In this document: one piece after another, positions 35,186 to 43,949 of the stretch
Numbering within the stretch: position 1 is the stretch's first letter
Layout: every line of letters starts with the position of its first letter
IMG/VR virus record: IMGVR_UViG_3300015264_000006
Coordinates: 1 to 56,439 of that record
Reading direction: 5' to 3' (one strand)
Source of the DNA: a virus
Lineage: Duplodnaviria; Caudoviricetes
Length of the DNA: 56,439 bases
Notes under the pieces: model-generated
Told to the model about the DNA's origin: nothing
Seen by the model: only the letters and a program-made list of their open reading frames with translations
Database searches by the model: none
Program-made: the position numbers and the translations under genes

Positions 35186-35787
35186 GTGACCAGCCCGTCT
35201 GCCCACTCGATGACCGGGGTGACCTGGTCGACGGGGCTGTAGCCCATCCGGCCGACCGGGTGGCTGCCGTCACTGTCGGTGCAGTCGCCTTTCAGGCAGG
35301 TCACCAGGCGGTCGCGGACCAGGGCGCTGAGCATGGGGCAGGTGCAGTACGGGCAGGGCGCCGGGATCCGCTGCGGCCGCTCGGCCTCGTCGATCGCGGG
35401 GAGCTGCAGGATCGCCGTCACGCACCCGTTCAGGTCACGGACGGCCCGGCAGTACTCGCAGCGGCACGGCTTCCCGGCGCGCGAGTGCTCCTGCGGCATG
35501 GCGCAGCCGAGGCGCCCGATGGCCTCCAGTGCCCTGGCGGTGTTGCGGTCTGACCAGCCGCGGCGGGGCCGGGCCCGGCCGGTGACGGCCTGGGCGAGGA
35601 TCTGCTCGGTGTCGCGGATGAGGGCGTGCGCGGTGCCCCAGGCCGCCGCGGCCTGGCTGTTCCACGGCGGGGTGCTGCCGGGCTTGCTCCCGCCGCGGGT
35701 GCCGTCGGCGTCGGGCTCGCCGAGCAGGGCGGCGGCGGTGCGCAGCAGCGGCCCCAGGTCGGCGCACGCCTCGCTCAGGCTGGTCAC
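35182..35787 (-). CDS. Zn-ribbon protein, possible late transcription regulator
   Basis: GSKPGSTPPWN and PCPYC...C..C; near the end of the early operon. Confidence 0.7.
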   Translation of the reverse strand: MTSLSEACADLGPLLRTAAALLGEPDADGTRGGSKPGSTPPWNSQAAAAWGTAHALIRDTEQILAQAVTGRARPRRGWSDRNTARALEAIGRLGCAMPQEHSRAGKPCRCEYCRAVRDLNGCVTAILQLPAIDEAERPQRIPAPCPYCTCPMLSALVRDRLVTCLKGDCTDSDGSHPVGRMGYSPVDQVTPVIEWADGLVT

Positions 35788-36143
35788 CGGCCGCCTTCCA
35801 TGTCGCGGACGATGCCGCCGAAGACGGCATCGTCACGGAGCTGCCGGAACGTCTCCTGGCCTTCGGTGCTGGACGCCCACGCGTCCGCTTCCTCCTTGGT
35901 CGCGTCGAAGTCACCGTCGACGACTCGCTGGGCGAGGGATGCCAGGGCTGCTCTTGCTTTCGGGCCGGTCGCCGGCTGCTTCGCGAGCGCTTTCAGGTCG
36001 CTGACGAGCTGGATCTCCGGGAATATCAGCGGCGAGAGGTAGTCGTGGTAGTAGCCGTCCACGGCGCGGGTGATCATGTCGCGCGGCATTCCCGGCACTT
36101 CGCGGAGCGCCTGGGCGAGCTTGGCCGTGGTGTGCTCGCTCAT
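35784..36143 (-). CDS. Hypothetical protein
   Basis: GGAGG RBS; GYYHDYLSP...GDFDATKEEADAW. Confidence 0.75.
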   Translation of the reverse strand: MSEHTTAKLAQALREVPGMPRDMITRAVDGYYHDYLSPLIFPEIQLVSDLKALAKQPATGPKARAALASLAQRVVDGDFDATKEEADAWASSTEGQETFRQLRDDAVFGGIVRDMEGGR

Positions 36144-36198
36144 GTCGTGCCTCCTGTGAGCAGCGGGCCCAGGTCAGCGCACGCCTCGCTCAGCGACG

Positions 36199-36615
36199 TC
36201 ACAGCAGGCCGGCCAGTACGATCAGCGGCAGGGCATTCCATATGTCCCACACGTCAGAGCTGGACTGCCAGAGGTGGCCGTCAGTGTCGCCGTGCGGGTG
36301 CTCGCCGCATCTGAGATAGATGACCTTGTCGCCATTGCAGGTGGCGGAGCTAAACTCCCGTCCGCGAAAGTCACATCGATACCGCTCGCGAACTTCGGCT
36401 GAACGGACAAGCGAGCCGTCAAGCGAGCCGATGACCTCGATTATGCCGGTGGCAGCAAACGGCTTGCGAGCGCCAGTGCGAATGCGGCCGAACGGCTTGA
36501 TCAGGAAGGGATCTACCTCGTCAAGCTGACGAGCGACGCTCAGGGTGACCTGCCGTGAGCCGACCATCAGCACGCGGACCTCAGCGGTCAGTACCTCAAC
36601 CGTCGCGGTGCTCAT
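36199..36615 (-). CDS. Hypothetical protein
   Basis: Starts MSTATVEVLTAEVR; coupled at both ends; lower GC. Confidence 0.75.
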   Translation of the reverse strand: MSTATVEVLTAEVRVLMVGSRQVTLSVARQLDEVDPFLIKPFGRIRTGARKPFAATGIIEVIGSLDGSLVRSAEVRERYRCDFRGREFSSATCNGDKVIYLRCGEHPHGDTDGHLWQSSSDVWDIWNALPLIVLAGLL

Positions 36616-37493
36616 GCCGTGCCGCCTGGCAGCCACAGCGGCAGCCCCGCCCGCATGACCGCATCCCACCCGATGCGCCCGGTCAGGACGCCGTTCACGT
36701 ACTCCGCGAACGCCGGCGGGAGGACGCCGCCGGGCGAGTGCGCCAGCGTCAGCCGCACGATCACCGACGGGTCCGTGCCGTGCTGGCGGGCGAGCCCGGC
36801 CAGGGACGACTGCCCGGCGGTCACGTGCAGCACCGGGCCGGACGGCCTGGGCGGCGGCGCGAACAAGCGGATCCACGCGTCCAGGTCCGCGCTCGTGCCG
36901 TTGAACGCGTCGCGGTCCACCCCGTTGCGGATGCCGTACTGCCAGAATTTCCACGACGACCACGGCTTCACCTCCGCCGGCGACGGCGCGGTAGCGGCGG
37001 GGTGGGCGATCCACAGGGCGTACCGGTCCAGGCCCGCGCAGTACCCGCCCTTGGCGAAGCTGAGGAACGTGTAGACGCCGCGCGGGTTGCGGGGGCACAG
37101 CTTGTCCAGCTCAGCCATGAACGCGCGGGCGCACGCCGCGGTCTCGCGGAAGCCGGGGTTGGCCGGGTTCTCGTTGTCGAGCCACAGCATGTCCTGCGGG
37201 GTCAGGCCGAGGTCGTGGTAGGCGGCGGCGAACCGGGCGGCCTGGGCGGCGCCGGACTCGAACGGGTCGAGGAAGTGGTAGGCGCCCCTGTGCAGGCCCC
37301 TCTTGGCGATCTCGGCGTGGTTCCACTGCGCTGTGGGATCAGGCGAGTTGGTGCCGGGCGTGGACAGGCCCTGGGTGAGGCGGTGGATGCCGAACGACAG
37401 GCCGGACGTGGCCGACCAGGCGAACTTCCCCTGAAAATTGGACACGTCCAGGCCCTGGGCGGAGCGGACGGTGGTAGCTGCGGGGTGGGTCAT
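36612..37493 (-). CDS. GH25 muramidase with a degenerate LysM-like C-terminal domain
   Basis: GLDVSNFQG, GAYHF, LDNE (DxE), LWIA, FWQY, VDRD.FNG; SLAGLARQHGT. Confidence 0.9.
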   Translation of the reverse strand: MTHPAATTVRSAQGLDVSNFQGKFAWSATSGLSFGIHRLTQGLSTPGTNSPDPTAQWNHAEIAKRGLHRGAYHFLDPFESGAAQAARFAAAYHDLGLTPQDMLWLDNENPANPGFRETAACARAFMAELDKLCPRNPRGVYTFLSFAKGGYCAGLDRYALWIAHPAATAPSPAEVKPWSSWKFWQYGIRNGVDRDAFNGTSADLDAWIRLFAPPPRPSGPVLHVTAGQSSLAGLARQHGTDPSVIVRLTLAHSPGGVLPPAFAEYVNGVLTGRIGWDAVMRAGLPLWLPGGTA

Positions 37494-37957
37494 GCGGTGC
37501 CTCCTGCGGGCTCGTACGTGGCTTCGAAGATGTCGGGCTTGGCAATGCCGAATAGGAAATCTGCTGCGCGCAGTAGCAGGGTTGGGTTGTCCCTGAAGAA
37601 GCCGAGTCCCTTGTTGCACGGTGCGCAGAGGCGACCTCGAACCCGGCCTGTCTGATGGCTGTGATCGATGCAGAGGCGCTCGGTCGCACCACAGATGACG
37701 CAGACCATTGGCATTGCATCCCACTGGGCCTGCGTTAGGCCGAATGCGCTCCTGGCCTTATGGGCCGCCACGCGCTCTTTGTTCTCGGTCACCCACGCCT
37801 TGTGGGCAGCCTTGGCCTTCTCCGTGTTGGCGGCGTAGTAAGCGCTGCTTGCAGCCTGGCTGCATGCCTTGCACCAGCTCGTCGGCTTCGCCCTGGTCTT
37901 GTCGCGGTAGAACTCGCTCAGCGGCTTGGCTACACGGCACTTCGAGCACGTCTTCAT
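37490..37957 (-). CDS. Endonuclease VII-family nuclease
   Basis: CVICG...IDHSHQTGRVRGRLCAPCNKGLG.FRDN; N-terminal Zn finger. Confidence 0.9.
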   Translation of the reverse strand: MKTCSKCRVAKPLSEFYRDKTRAKPTSWCKACSQAASSAYYAANTEKAKAAHKAWVTENKERVAAHKARSAFGLTQAQWDAMPMVCVICGATERLCIDHSHQTGRVRGRLCAPCNKGLGFFRDNPTLLLRAADFLFGIAKPDIFEATYEPAGGTA

Positions 37958-38232
37958 TCGCTCACGGCCTCGTAAGTCAGGGCGAAAACATCTGCGGCGC
38001 AGGGGTAGAGCTCGGACTTGACGCCGCGGATGATCCAGTCGCCGGGGCGGAATTCCATGTCGCCCTCCAGCGTCGTGATGTAGCCGCCGTCGTTGGTGCG
38101 GCTTTTCCACGTGTGGCCAGGAGCCGATGAGCCGCCGAGGAATGCGGTTACCTCGGTGCAGCTGTCTCCGCTGCCGGTGAACTGGACGGCCTCGATGACG
38201 ACGGGCTTCTTGCGGTACCGCTGGCTGGTCAC
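37954..38232 (-). CDS. Conserved phage protein (RKKPVVIEAVQF family)
   Basis: YRKKPVVIEAVQF...TLEG.M...GDWIIRGV..E.YPC. Confidence 0.85.
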   Translation of the reverse strand: MTSQRYRKKPVVIEAVQFTGSGDSCTEVTAFLGGSSAPGHTWKSRTNDGGYITTLEGDMEFRPGDWIIRGVKSELYPCAADVFALTYEAVSE

Positions 38233-38444
38233 GTGGTGCCTCCTGGGGTGGTCATGGTCGTGCGGTGGTACCAGCGGGGCATGGGCTCGCCGGGCGGCGG
38301 GCCGGGGTCGGAGCCCAGCGGGCGCATGAACCACTCCCAGTACTCGGCGTCGAAATCGCCGACGGTGCCGGGGTCGGTGGCGTGGGGGCAGTCGCGGCCG
38401 GGGTGGCCGAACACCGTTGGATCGGGGCAGCAGCAGGCGGTCAC
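38229..38444 (-). CDS. Hypothetical protein
   Basis: GGAG RBS; GTGA coupling. Confidence 0.5.
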   Translation of the reverse strand: MTACCCPDPTVFGHPGRDCPHATDPGTVGDFDAEYWEWFMRPLGSDPGPPPGEPMPRWYHRTTMTTPGGTT

Positions 38445-38578
38445 AGCAGGCTCCGGCTTTTTGTCTTTTCCATTTCAATTCCGCTTTTCCCGCGCGCATC
38501 GCGCGTTGCCAGTCGTTCAAGATTTCTGCGCGTCAGTTAGGTGGGGTCTCCGTTAGTCCGTCCGTCCGTCCGTGCTCT

Positions 38579-38730
38579 TGTGACAAGCATTGTGACAAGC
38601 ATTGTGACAAGCATGTTTCCGCAGGTCACACGGCGTTTTGAGCATCGTGACAAGCATCGTGACAAGCATCGTGAAACGGACATTGAGCATCGTGACATCT
38701 GAGTTTCACCTGGCCTGAGCATCGTGACGC
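38579..38730. repeat. 12-bp iteron array, probable replication origin
   Basis: 3 x tgtgacaagcat (38579-38614), tandem agcatcgtgaca (38641-38674) and copies at 38686 and 38718, next to an AT-rich tract at 38458-38488. Confidence 0.8.
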
Positions 38731-39116
38731 TGCCCACGGCTCTTGCGCTGGCGAGCGGCGTCACTCAGCGGCTCGTGACCGTTCCAGCGCGCCTGAGCTG
38801 CGGACTGTGCCCGGATGCGCCGCTTCTTGGTCTCGTCGTTGCTCTCCTGGAACTCATCCCAGCCATGGATAAGCCAGCCCCCAGGCTGTGGATAAACGAA
38901 TCCGTGCGTGACAAGCCGCGTGACATCCGCGTGACGAGCGTGCACGAACGGGAGCGCCTCGCGCGGGATGAACCCGTCGGTGCCCTGCTCGCCGGAATAG
39001 GAAAGCATGCACAGATAGGCGAGCGCGGCACGGTAGCCGTCCTTCTCGGACAGCAGGGCGAGCAGCTTCGGGTTACGCGGGAACGTGGTATCCAGGCGCA
39101 CCCACGGAAGCGGCAT
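38706..39116 (-). CDS. Putative replication initiator
   Basis: WVRLDT.FP.NPK...TDGFIP...GW.IHGWDEFQ; iterons at its 3' end. Confidence 0.75.
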   Translation of the reverse strand: MPLPWVRLDTTFPRNPKLLALLSEKDGYRAALAYLCMLSYSGEQGTDGFIPREALPFVHARHADVTRLVTHGFVYPQPGGWLIHGWDEFQESNDETKKRRIRAQSAAQARWNGHEPLSDAARQRKSRGQRHDAQAR

Positions 39117-39715
39117 CAGTAGCTGCCCTGCTGCGCAGTCAGGGGAATGTGGATTTCGCCGGGATGCGGATCGGCGTCAGCATTGAGCACCATGCATTCA
39201 CCGTCGTCGCAGCACGGGCCCCTGTGATACCACTGGGCCTCGATTCCGTGTCTGCCGTACTGGTCCATTCCGGCCCACATCACGGCTGGAGCACCGGGGT
39301 CCTGGCTCCATGTCCACCAGTCGGACCCCTGGCACGGGCTGAATACATGCAGGGCCGGGTAGCGGCTTCCGTATGACCAGAAGACGAGCTCCAGCAGTGC
39401 GTCCGGGCGGCTGGCCCAGGCGATGGTCATGCGCCGGAGAATGCCGTCCACGTGCGCGATCATGTCGGCCGACTCCAGCAGGGGGCCGACTGGCTTGACC
39501 TCGGTGAAGCTCCGGAACGGGCGCTCGTCGCCGTCGCTGAGCATGTCGCTGCCGAAGTCAGGCAGCCACTGGCCAGCCGGGCTGGCGAAGCAGTCGGGCT
39601 CATACTCCCACCGGCAGCCGATGGAGCTGAGCCATGCGGCGAAGTCCGCTTCGAGCCGTGACCGCATGCGGATGCCGTTGTAGGTAGTGGGCCGCGCCTT
39701 AATAGTCTCGGTCAT
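39116..39715 (-). CDS. PD-(D/E)XK nuclease-like protein
   Basis: RSRLEA...WEYEP...WLPDF...EVKP. Confidence 0.75.
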   Translation of the reverse strand: MTETIKARPTTYNGIRMRSRLEADFAAWLSSIGCRWEYEPDCFASPAGQWLPDFGSDMLSDGDERPFRSFTEVKPVGPLLESADMIAHVDGILRRMTIAWASRPDALLELVFWSYGSRYPALHVFSPCQGSDWWTWSQDPGAPAVMWAGMDQYGRHGIEAQWYHRGPCCDDGECMVLNADADPHPGEIHIPLTAQQGSY

Positions 39716-39853
39716 CCCCGGAGCCTTTCTGCGGACGCGGATGGTGAAGCGGTGTGGCCCGTCCTGGCGGCCTCCGGGGGGATGGCGGCACGCCAGGACG
39801 GGGTGGATGCCCCCGGCCCGCCCGGCGTTGCTGCGCGCGGGCGGCCGGGGACG

Positions 39854-40075
39854 CTAGGGGGCGGGCGGCATCAAGGGCGCGGGCCGTGTTCCCGGCGCGT
39901 ACGGCTGGGTGCCGAGGATGCCCAGCAGCCAGTCAGCGGCCCACCCGTACATCCGCTCGCAGACGATGGACTGCCGCCAGCCCTCATCGCAGACGATCAT
40001 GTACTGCGTCGTGGGCAGCCCGTCGTCGTGGCTGACCTTCCGGTAAGCGGGGCTGGGCTCGGCTGCGTCGGTCAT
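39854..40075 (-). CDS. Hypothetical protein
   Basis: AGGAG RBS. Confidence 0.6.
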   Translation of the reverse strand: MTDAAEPSPAYRKVSHDDGLPTTQYMIVCDEGWRQSIVCERMYGWAADWLLGILGTQPYAPGTRPAPLMPPAP

Positions 40076-40085
40076 GCGGGGTCTC

Positions 40086-40262
40086 CTAGGGGGTGTGGTG
40101 GCCGTCGCGGATGGCGGCCTCCCGGCGCTGGAAGTGGACCATCCGCGTGGCCGCCTTCCCGTTCGTGCAGGGCATGCCGGGCAGGGCGGAGCACCTGGGG
40201 CAGGGGGACTTACGGCAGTTCTCCTCAGCCGGGCTGAGCCGCGCGGCTCTTGATACGGCCAT
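40086..40262 (-). CDS. Small Zn-finger protein (not in ORF track)
   Basis: AAGGAG RBS; CPRC.A.PG.PC...H..R. Confidence 0.6.
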   Translation of the reverse strand: MAVSRAARLSPAEENCRKSPCPRCSALPGMPCTNGKAATRMVHFQRREAAIRDGHHTP

Positions 40263-40274
40263 GGGGGGTCTCCT

Positions 40275-40766
40275 TTACGGGCTGAGCTGGCGGATGGTGA
40301 TGACCGCGCCGGGCAGGCCGAGGCTGGTGAGGCCGCCGGTCGTGCAGCACGGGTAGTCCTTGACGGCCAGGACCCGGACGGCCTGGGCGTCGTCGTGCCA
40401 GACCCCGGCAGCCGTCAGTGCGTCGAAAGTGGACCGGACGTACTTGTCGATGTCGGGCCGCTTGTCCGGCCAGGTCCGCCGTGTCTTCGGCGCGCTGGCT
40501 GGCCGGCGGACGGTGAAGTGGATGACGACGTCGAGCGGCCCGTCGTAGGGCGGGTGCTCACCCCAGCCCATGGCCTCCCCGGCGGCGTTCCGGACGTCCT
40601 GCCGCCAGTTCGTGACGCCTGCCTTGGCTGACTCGGCCATGGACACGCGGGCCTTCCCGCCGCCCTTGGGGATGTAGGCCCGTGCTGTCTTCGACCCCTG
40701 CGGCGCGGGGGTGCCGTGCACGGTGATGGTGACCGGCGGGCGCGGGCCGGCCAGCGGGGCGGTCAC
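40275..40766 (-). CDS. rusA: RusA-family Holliday junction resolvase
   Basis: G.PAPQGSK, PDIDK..RS..DAL...VW.DD.Q. Confidence 0.9.
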   Translation of the reverse strand: MTAPLAGPRPPVTITVHGTPAPQGSKTARAYIPKGGGKARVSMAESAKAGVTNWRQDVRNAAGEAMGWGEHPPYDGPLDVVIHFTVRRPASAPKTRRTWPDKRPDIDKYVRSTFDALTAAGVWHDDAQAVRVLAVKDYPCCTTGGLTSLGLPGAVITIRQLSP

Positions 40767-41029
40767 GGCGCGTCCCGCGTGGCGATGAACACCGGGCTGC
40801 CGTAGCCATCGCCCCGGAACGCCACGAGCCCGTGCCCCATGGCCGTGGCCATGTCGCCGCTGCGCTCGGGCCGCCCGTCGCGCAGCAGCGCCAGCACGGC
40901 CTCGCGGTCCCAGTCGGCGCCGATGAGCGTCAGGCCCCCGTCGAGGAGCGTGTGCACGGTCTCGCCGTCCGGCAGCAGCGCCACGGCCTGCTCATAGCCC
41001 AGCGCGTACTCCGGGTCGCCGCCTCTCAC
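40763..41029 (-). CDS. Hypothetical protein
   Basis: Coupled ORF with GGAGG RBS. Confidence 0.6.
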   Translation of the reverse strand: MRGGDPEYALGYEQAVALLPDGETVHTLLDGGLTLIGADWDREAVLALLRDGRPERSGDMATAMGHGLVAFRGDGYGSPVFIATRDAP

Positions 41030-41202
41030 TGCTGCCTCGCCTCCTCGAATGCCTCGCGGCTCTCGTACACCACGAGGCCGCTCTGGTCCGGGTCGCAGAC
41101 GACCCGCTCGGCGGTGCTGCCGTCCGGCAGGGTGATCCGCAGGATGACGTACCAGCGGTGGGCGTTGATCTCCACCTGGCTGCATTCCACGACCTCAACC
41201 AT
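41026..41202 (-). CDS. Hypothetical protein (not in ORF track)
   Basis: MVEVVECSQVEINAHRWYVILR...; coupled at both ends. Confidence 0.55.
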   Translation of the reverse strand: MVEVVECSQVEINAHRWYVILRITLPDGSTAERVVCDPDQSGLVVYESREAFEEARQQ

Positions 41203-41566
41203 CGCCGTCCTCCCCGTCCTGGCCGTCGAGGCGCTCGCCGGTCCTGGGGTCGATCTGCCGGAACGCGAGCCGCATGTCGTCTTCCAGGTCGAGCGGCAGG
41301 ACGGTGCGGCCGTTGCGGGACTCCAGGGCGCGGCGCATCAGCTGCTCGGCGACTGGCAGGTCATCGCGGAGGACGACCTCGATGCGGCGGATGCGGGCGG
41401 TGGGGACTACCTCGCCGGTGTCGTTGTCGGTGGTGACCTTCTTGCAGTCGATGATCGACAGGATGACGTGGAAGCGGTGGGGCTCGTCGATGAGCATGCG
41501 GACCACGGGTCCGATGCCGTTCGCGTCGCCCTTCGGCAGCGAGCCGGAGATACCAGGACCGCTCAC
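41195..41566 (-). CDS. Conserved actinophage hypothetical protein
   Basis: AAGGAGG RBS; DTGEVVPTARIRRIE...G.TVLPLDL. Confidence 0.8.
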   Translation of the reverse strand: MSGPGISGSLPKGDANGIGPVVRMLIDEPHRFHVILSIIDCKKVTTDNDTGEVVPTARIRRIEVVLRDDLPVAEQLMRRALESRNGRTVLPLDLEDDMRLAFRQIDPRTGERLDGQDGEDGDG

Positions 41567-41655
41567 GCGGGCCTCCTTCGTCTTGGGTCGGGGGTGCCGC
41601 GGCCCCGGCGGACGTCCGCCGGGCCGGGGCCGCGGCAGGCACCCGGGGCCGGTGC

Positions 41656-42063
41656 TTAGTCGGCGATGAGGCGCTCTTCGGCGGCCTGCTCACGCTGGCG
41701 GCGCAGCACGTACGTGCCGGCCGCGATGCCGGCGTAGGCGTGCTCGGGGTGCGCGACGTAGGCCGTGCCGGTGCACTGCAGGGTGCCGATGTCCTGGCCG
41801 CCGCCCGGGTCAGCGACGAACACGGCGGTGCCGGGCGTGCCCGCGAACAGGCGGTGCTCGTGACCGGACCCGACCGGCGCGATCACCGCGACCCCGGCGG
41901 GCGGGACGGTCTTCCCGGGCACGTTCCGGTGGCCGACGGGGACGATGGCCAGGTCGCCCTGGAACTGCAGGCCGGCGAGCACCGGGACCTCGGCGGAGGT
42001 GTCGCAGTGGTCCAGGACGTCGAAGCCGTGCCGGTCGACCAGCTGGGCGATCGTGGTGGTCAT
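41656..42063 (-). CDS. Conserved partner of DUF6745 proteins
   Basis: QGDL...H.H...HPEH...G.Y..RRQRE; GAAAGGA RBS. Confidence 0.8.
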   Translation of the reverse strand: MTTTIAQLVDRHGFDVLDHCDTSAEVPVLAGLQFQGDLAIVPVGHRNVPGKTVPPAGVAVIAPVGSGHEHRLFAGTPGTAVFVADPGGGQDIGTLQCTGTAYVAHPEHAYAGIAAGTYVLRRQREQAAEERLIAD

Positions 42064-42100
42064 GATGTTCCTTTCATCGGGATGAGTGGTACCGGGCGGT

Positions 42101-42418
42101 TTAGGTGCGGCGCCGTAGACGCCGGATGGTGCTGATAAGGCGCGGGACGTCGTCGCTGTACCAGGCCCGCTCGTGCTCGCTGCCGTCGGTAGCGCGGTCG
42201 AGCATGGCCTGCAGCTGGCCGGCGAGGATCGCGAACTCGGCATCGGCGGCAGTGACGATGCCGTCGTGGATGGCGAGCCGGAGGATGGCCACTGGGTCGC
42301 GCGGCGCGTAGTCGCCCCATGTCCGGCGGGCAACGGAGCGCAGCCACGCGTCCCGCAGCCGCTGGCAGCGCAGCGGGATCAGCGTGATCGGGATCTGCCG
42401 GGAGAAGGCGCCCCTCAT
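42101..42418 (-). CDS. Hypothetical protein
   Basis: ATGA coupling to the DUF6745 gene. Confidence 0.5.
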   Translation of the reverse strand: MRGAFSRQIPITLIPLRCQRLRDAWLRSVARRTWGDYAPRDPVAILRLAIHDGIVTAADAEFAILAGQLQAMLDRATDGSEHERAWYSDDVPRLISTIRRLRRRT

Positions 42419-43536
42419 GTGCGCCTCTGGGCGGCGGCGTACTCGTCACGGGTGAGGTTGTAGGTCCAGGCGGCTGCCTCGACGGGATCGCTGATCTCCG
42501 CAGGTATCGTCAGCCCGTACCGGCGGCGCGTGCCGTCGCGCTCGGCCGAGCCGTTGGTGCACATCAGCAGGCGCACGCGGGAGCCCCACAGCCGCTCCGG
42601 CACGTCATAGAGGACCAGGTGCTGGCCCGGGTTACCCGGGTCGGGGACGCGGGCGTTGCACAGCTCCGTGCTCGCCTGCCGGGTACCCGGCGTGAGGCCG
42701 ACCGGGACGAGGCCGGCTTCCTCGGCGAACCGGGACCAGCCCATCGCCTCGATCGCGCACCGGCGGACCTCGACATTCTGCTCGGCGCCGATCGCCTCGA
42801 CGGTCGGCGCCCCGATGACCCACGGGTCGACGCGGCGGCCGTGCCAGGCGTGGAACCCCCAGCCGTCCGGGTAGACGATCGCCGGGCCCGTCGCGGAGTG
42901 CAGCGCGCCGTCCGGGTCGCGGTGCAGCTGCGCCGGCCGCTCGGTCGCGATGGCGAAACCGGAGTAGGCCCACCACCAGCCGCACGACCGGGCGGCCTGC
43001 TGCTGCCCGTGGACGGGCTCCAGGCCGGTGACGCCGAGCCGTTCCATCGCGTCGTAGAACGACAGGTAGCCGGCCCAGTGCTGGCCGTACATGCAGCCTT
43101 CCCACCAGCCCAGCAGCCGCCCCCGGACAGGCTCATCGCCGGCGCCGCGCACCTGGCCGTCCACCTGGCCGCGCACCTGGCCGTCCACCTGGCCGCGCAC
43201 CTGGCCGCGCACCTGGCCGTCCACCTGGCCGCGCACCTGGCCGTCCACCTGGCCGTCCACCTGGCCGCGCCGGCGCGGCGGCTTCCCGGCGTCGAGCAGC
43301 GCGGCGTCGATGATCTCCGGTGCGATGGCCTGGGCGATGGTCCCGGCCCAGGGTGAGCCGAGCCAGACGATGATGCGCGGTGGCGGAAGGGCGGCCGCGG
43401 CGTAGGCGGCGCGGATGCCGGCTTCGGCGGAGGGCCGGTCGGCGGCCTGCGTGGACAGGCCGATCGCCAGCCACTCGTCGCGGATCCGGGGCAGGAGGGC
43501 TTCCTGCTCTGCGGTGAGTTTCGTGATCTTCTTCAT
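42415..43536 (-). CDS. DUF6745-like protein with (D/R)GQV repeats
   Basis: YGQH.A..L, CGWWW, ERP..L.RD..G.LH...GPAI.YPDGW...AWHG. Confidence 0.85.
   Translation of the reverse strand: MKKITKLTAEQEALLPRIRDEWLAIGLSTQAADRPSAEAGIRAAYAAAALPPPRIIVWLGSPWAGTIAQAIAPEIIDAALLDAGKPPRRRGQVDGQVDGQVRGQVDGQVRGQVRGQVDGQVRGQVDGQVRGAGDEPVRGRLLGWWEGCMYGQHWAGYLSFYDAMERLGVTGLEPVHGQQQAARSCGWWWAYSGFAIATERPAQLHRDPDGALHSATGPAIVYPDGWGFHAWHGRRVDPWVIGAPTVEAIGAEQNVEVRRCAIEAMGWSRFAEEAGLVPVGLTPGTRQASTELCNARVPDPGNPGQHLVLYDVPERLWGSRVRLLMCTNGSAERDGTRRRYGLTIPAEISDPVEAAAWTYNLTRDEYAAAQRRT
43150..43269. repeat. 12-bp tandem repeat, 10 units
   Basis: cacctggccg(tc/cg), encoding DGQV or RGQV on the minus strand. Confidence 0.95.
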
Positions 43537-43949
43537 GGGGTTGTTGCTCCTGGGTCGGGGAACAGCAGTGGTGGCTGGGCGGGCTGGCCGGGCTCGCGCA
43601 CGGCGGGCGGGCGGCGGCGGCGGTGCCGGCTGTCAGCGGCGAGGGCGGCGAGAGCGGCGGCACGGCGGAACTCCGCGGCGTCCGGGCACGTGTCGAGATG
43701 ATTCGTGAATCTCGACTCGCCCTCCGCAGGCTTCTCATCCTTGGCGAGGAACCGGCCCGGCTCGGTGGTGTACGGGCGGGCGGCGACGGTGCCCGTCTCG
43801 GACGGGGCGGCTTCGAGGGGGAGGCGCAGCAGCCGCCCCCCGGCGGGCGGCTGGACGGTCTTCATCCACACCAGGGCGGTGCAGTGCGGGCCGCGGCAGG
43901 CCGCGGGGTGCCGGGGTGAGCTGGGCAAGCCGGGCGGGCGGCTAGGCAC
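43533..43949 (-). CDS. Hypothetical protein
   Basis: CRGPHC.A.V and H..TCPDA.EFR. Confidence 0.65.
   Translation of the reverse strand: MPSRPPGLPSSPRHPAACRGPHCTALVWMKTVQPPAGGRLLRLPLEAAPSETGTVAARPYTTEPGRFLAKDEKPAEGESRFTNHLDTCPDAAEFRRAAALAALAADSRHRRRRPPAVREPGQPAQPPLLFPDPGATTP

Noticed and set aside
38579-38730. CRISPR array
   Set aside because: 12-bp tandem units without unique spacers and no cas genes; iterons fit better.
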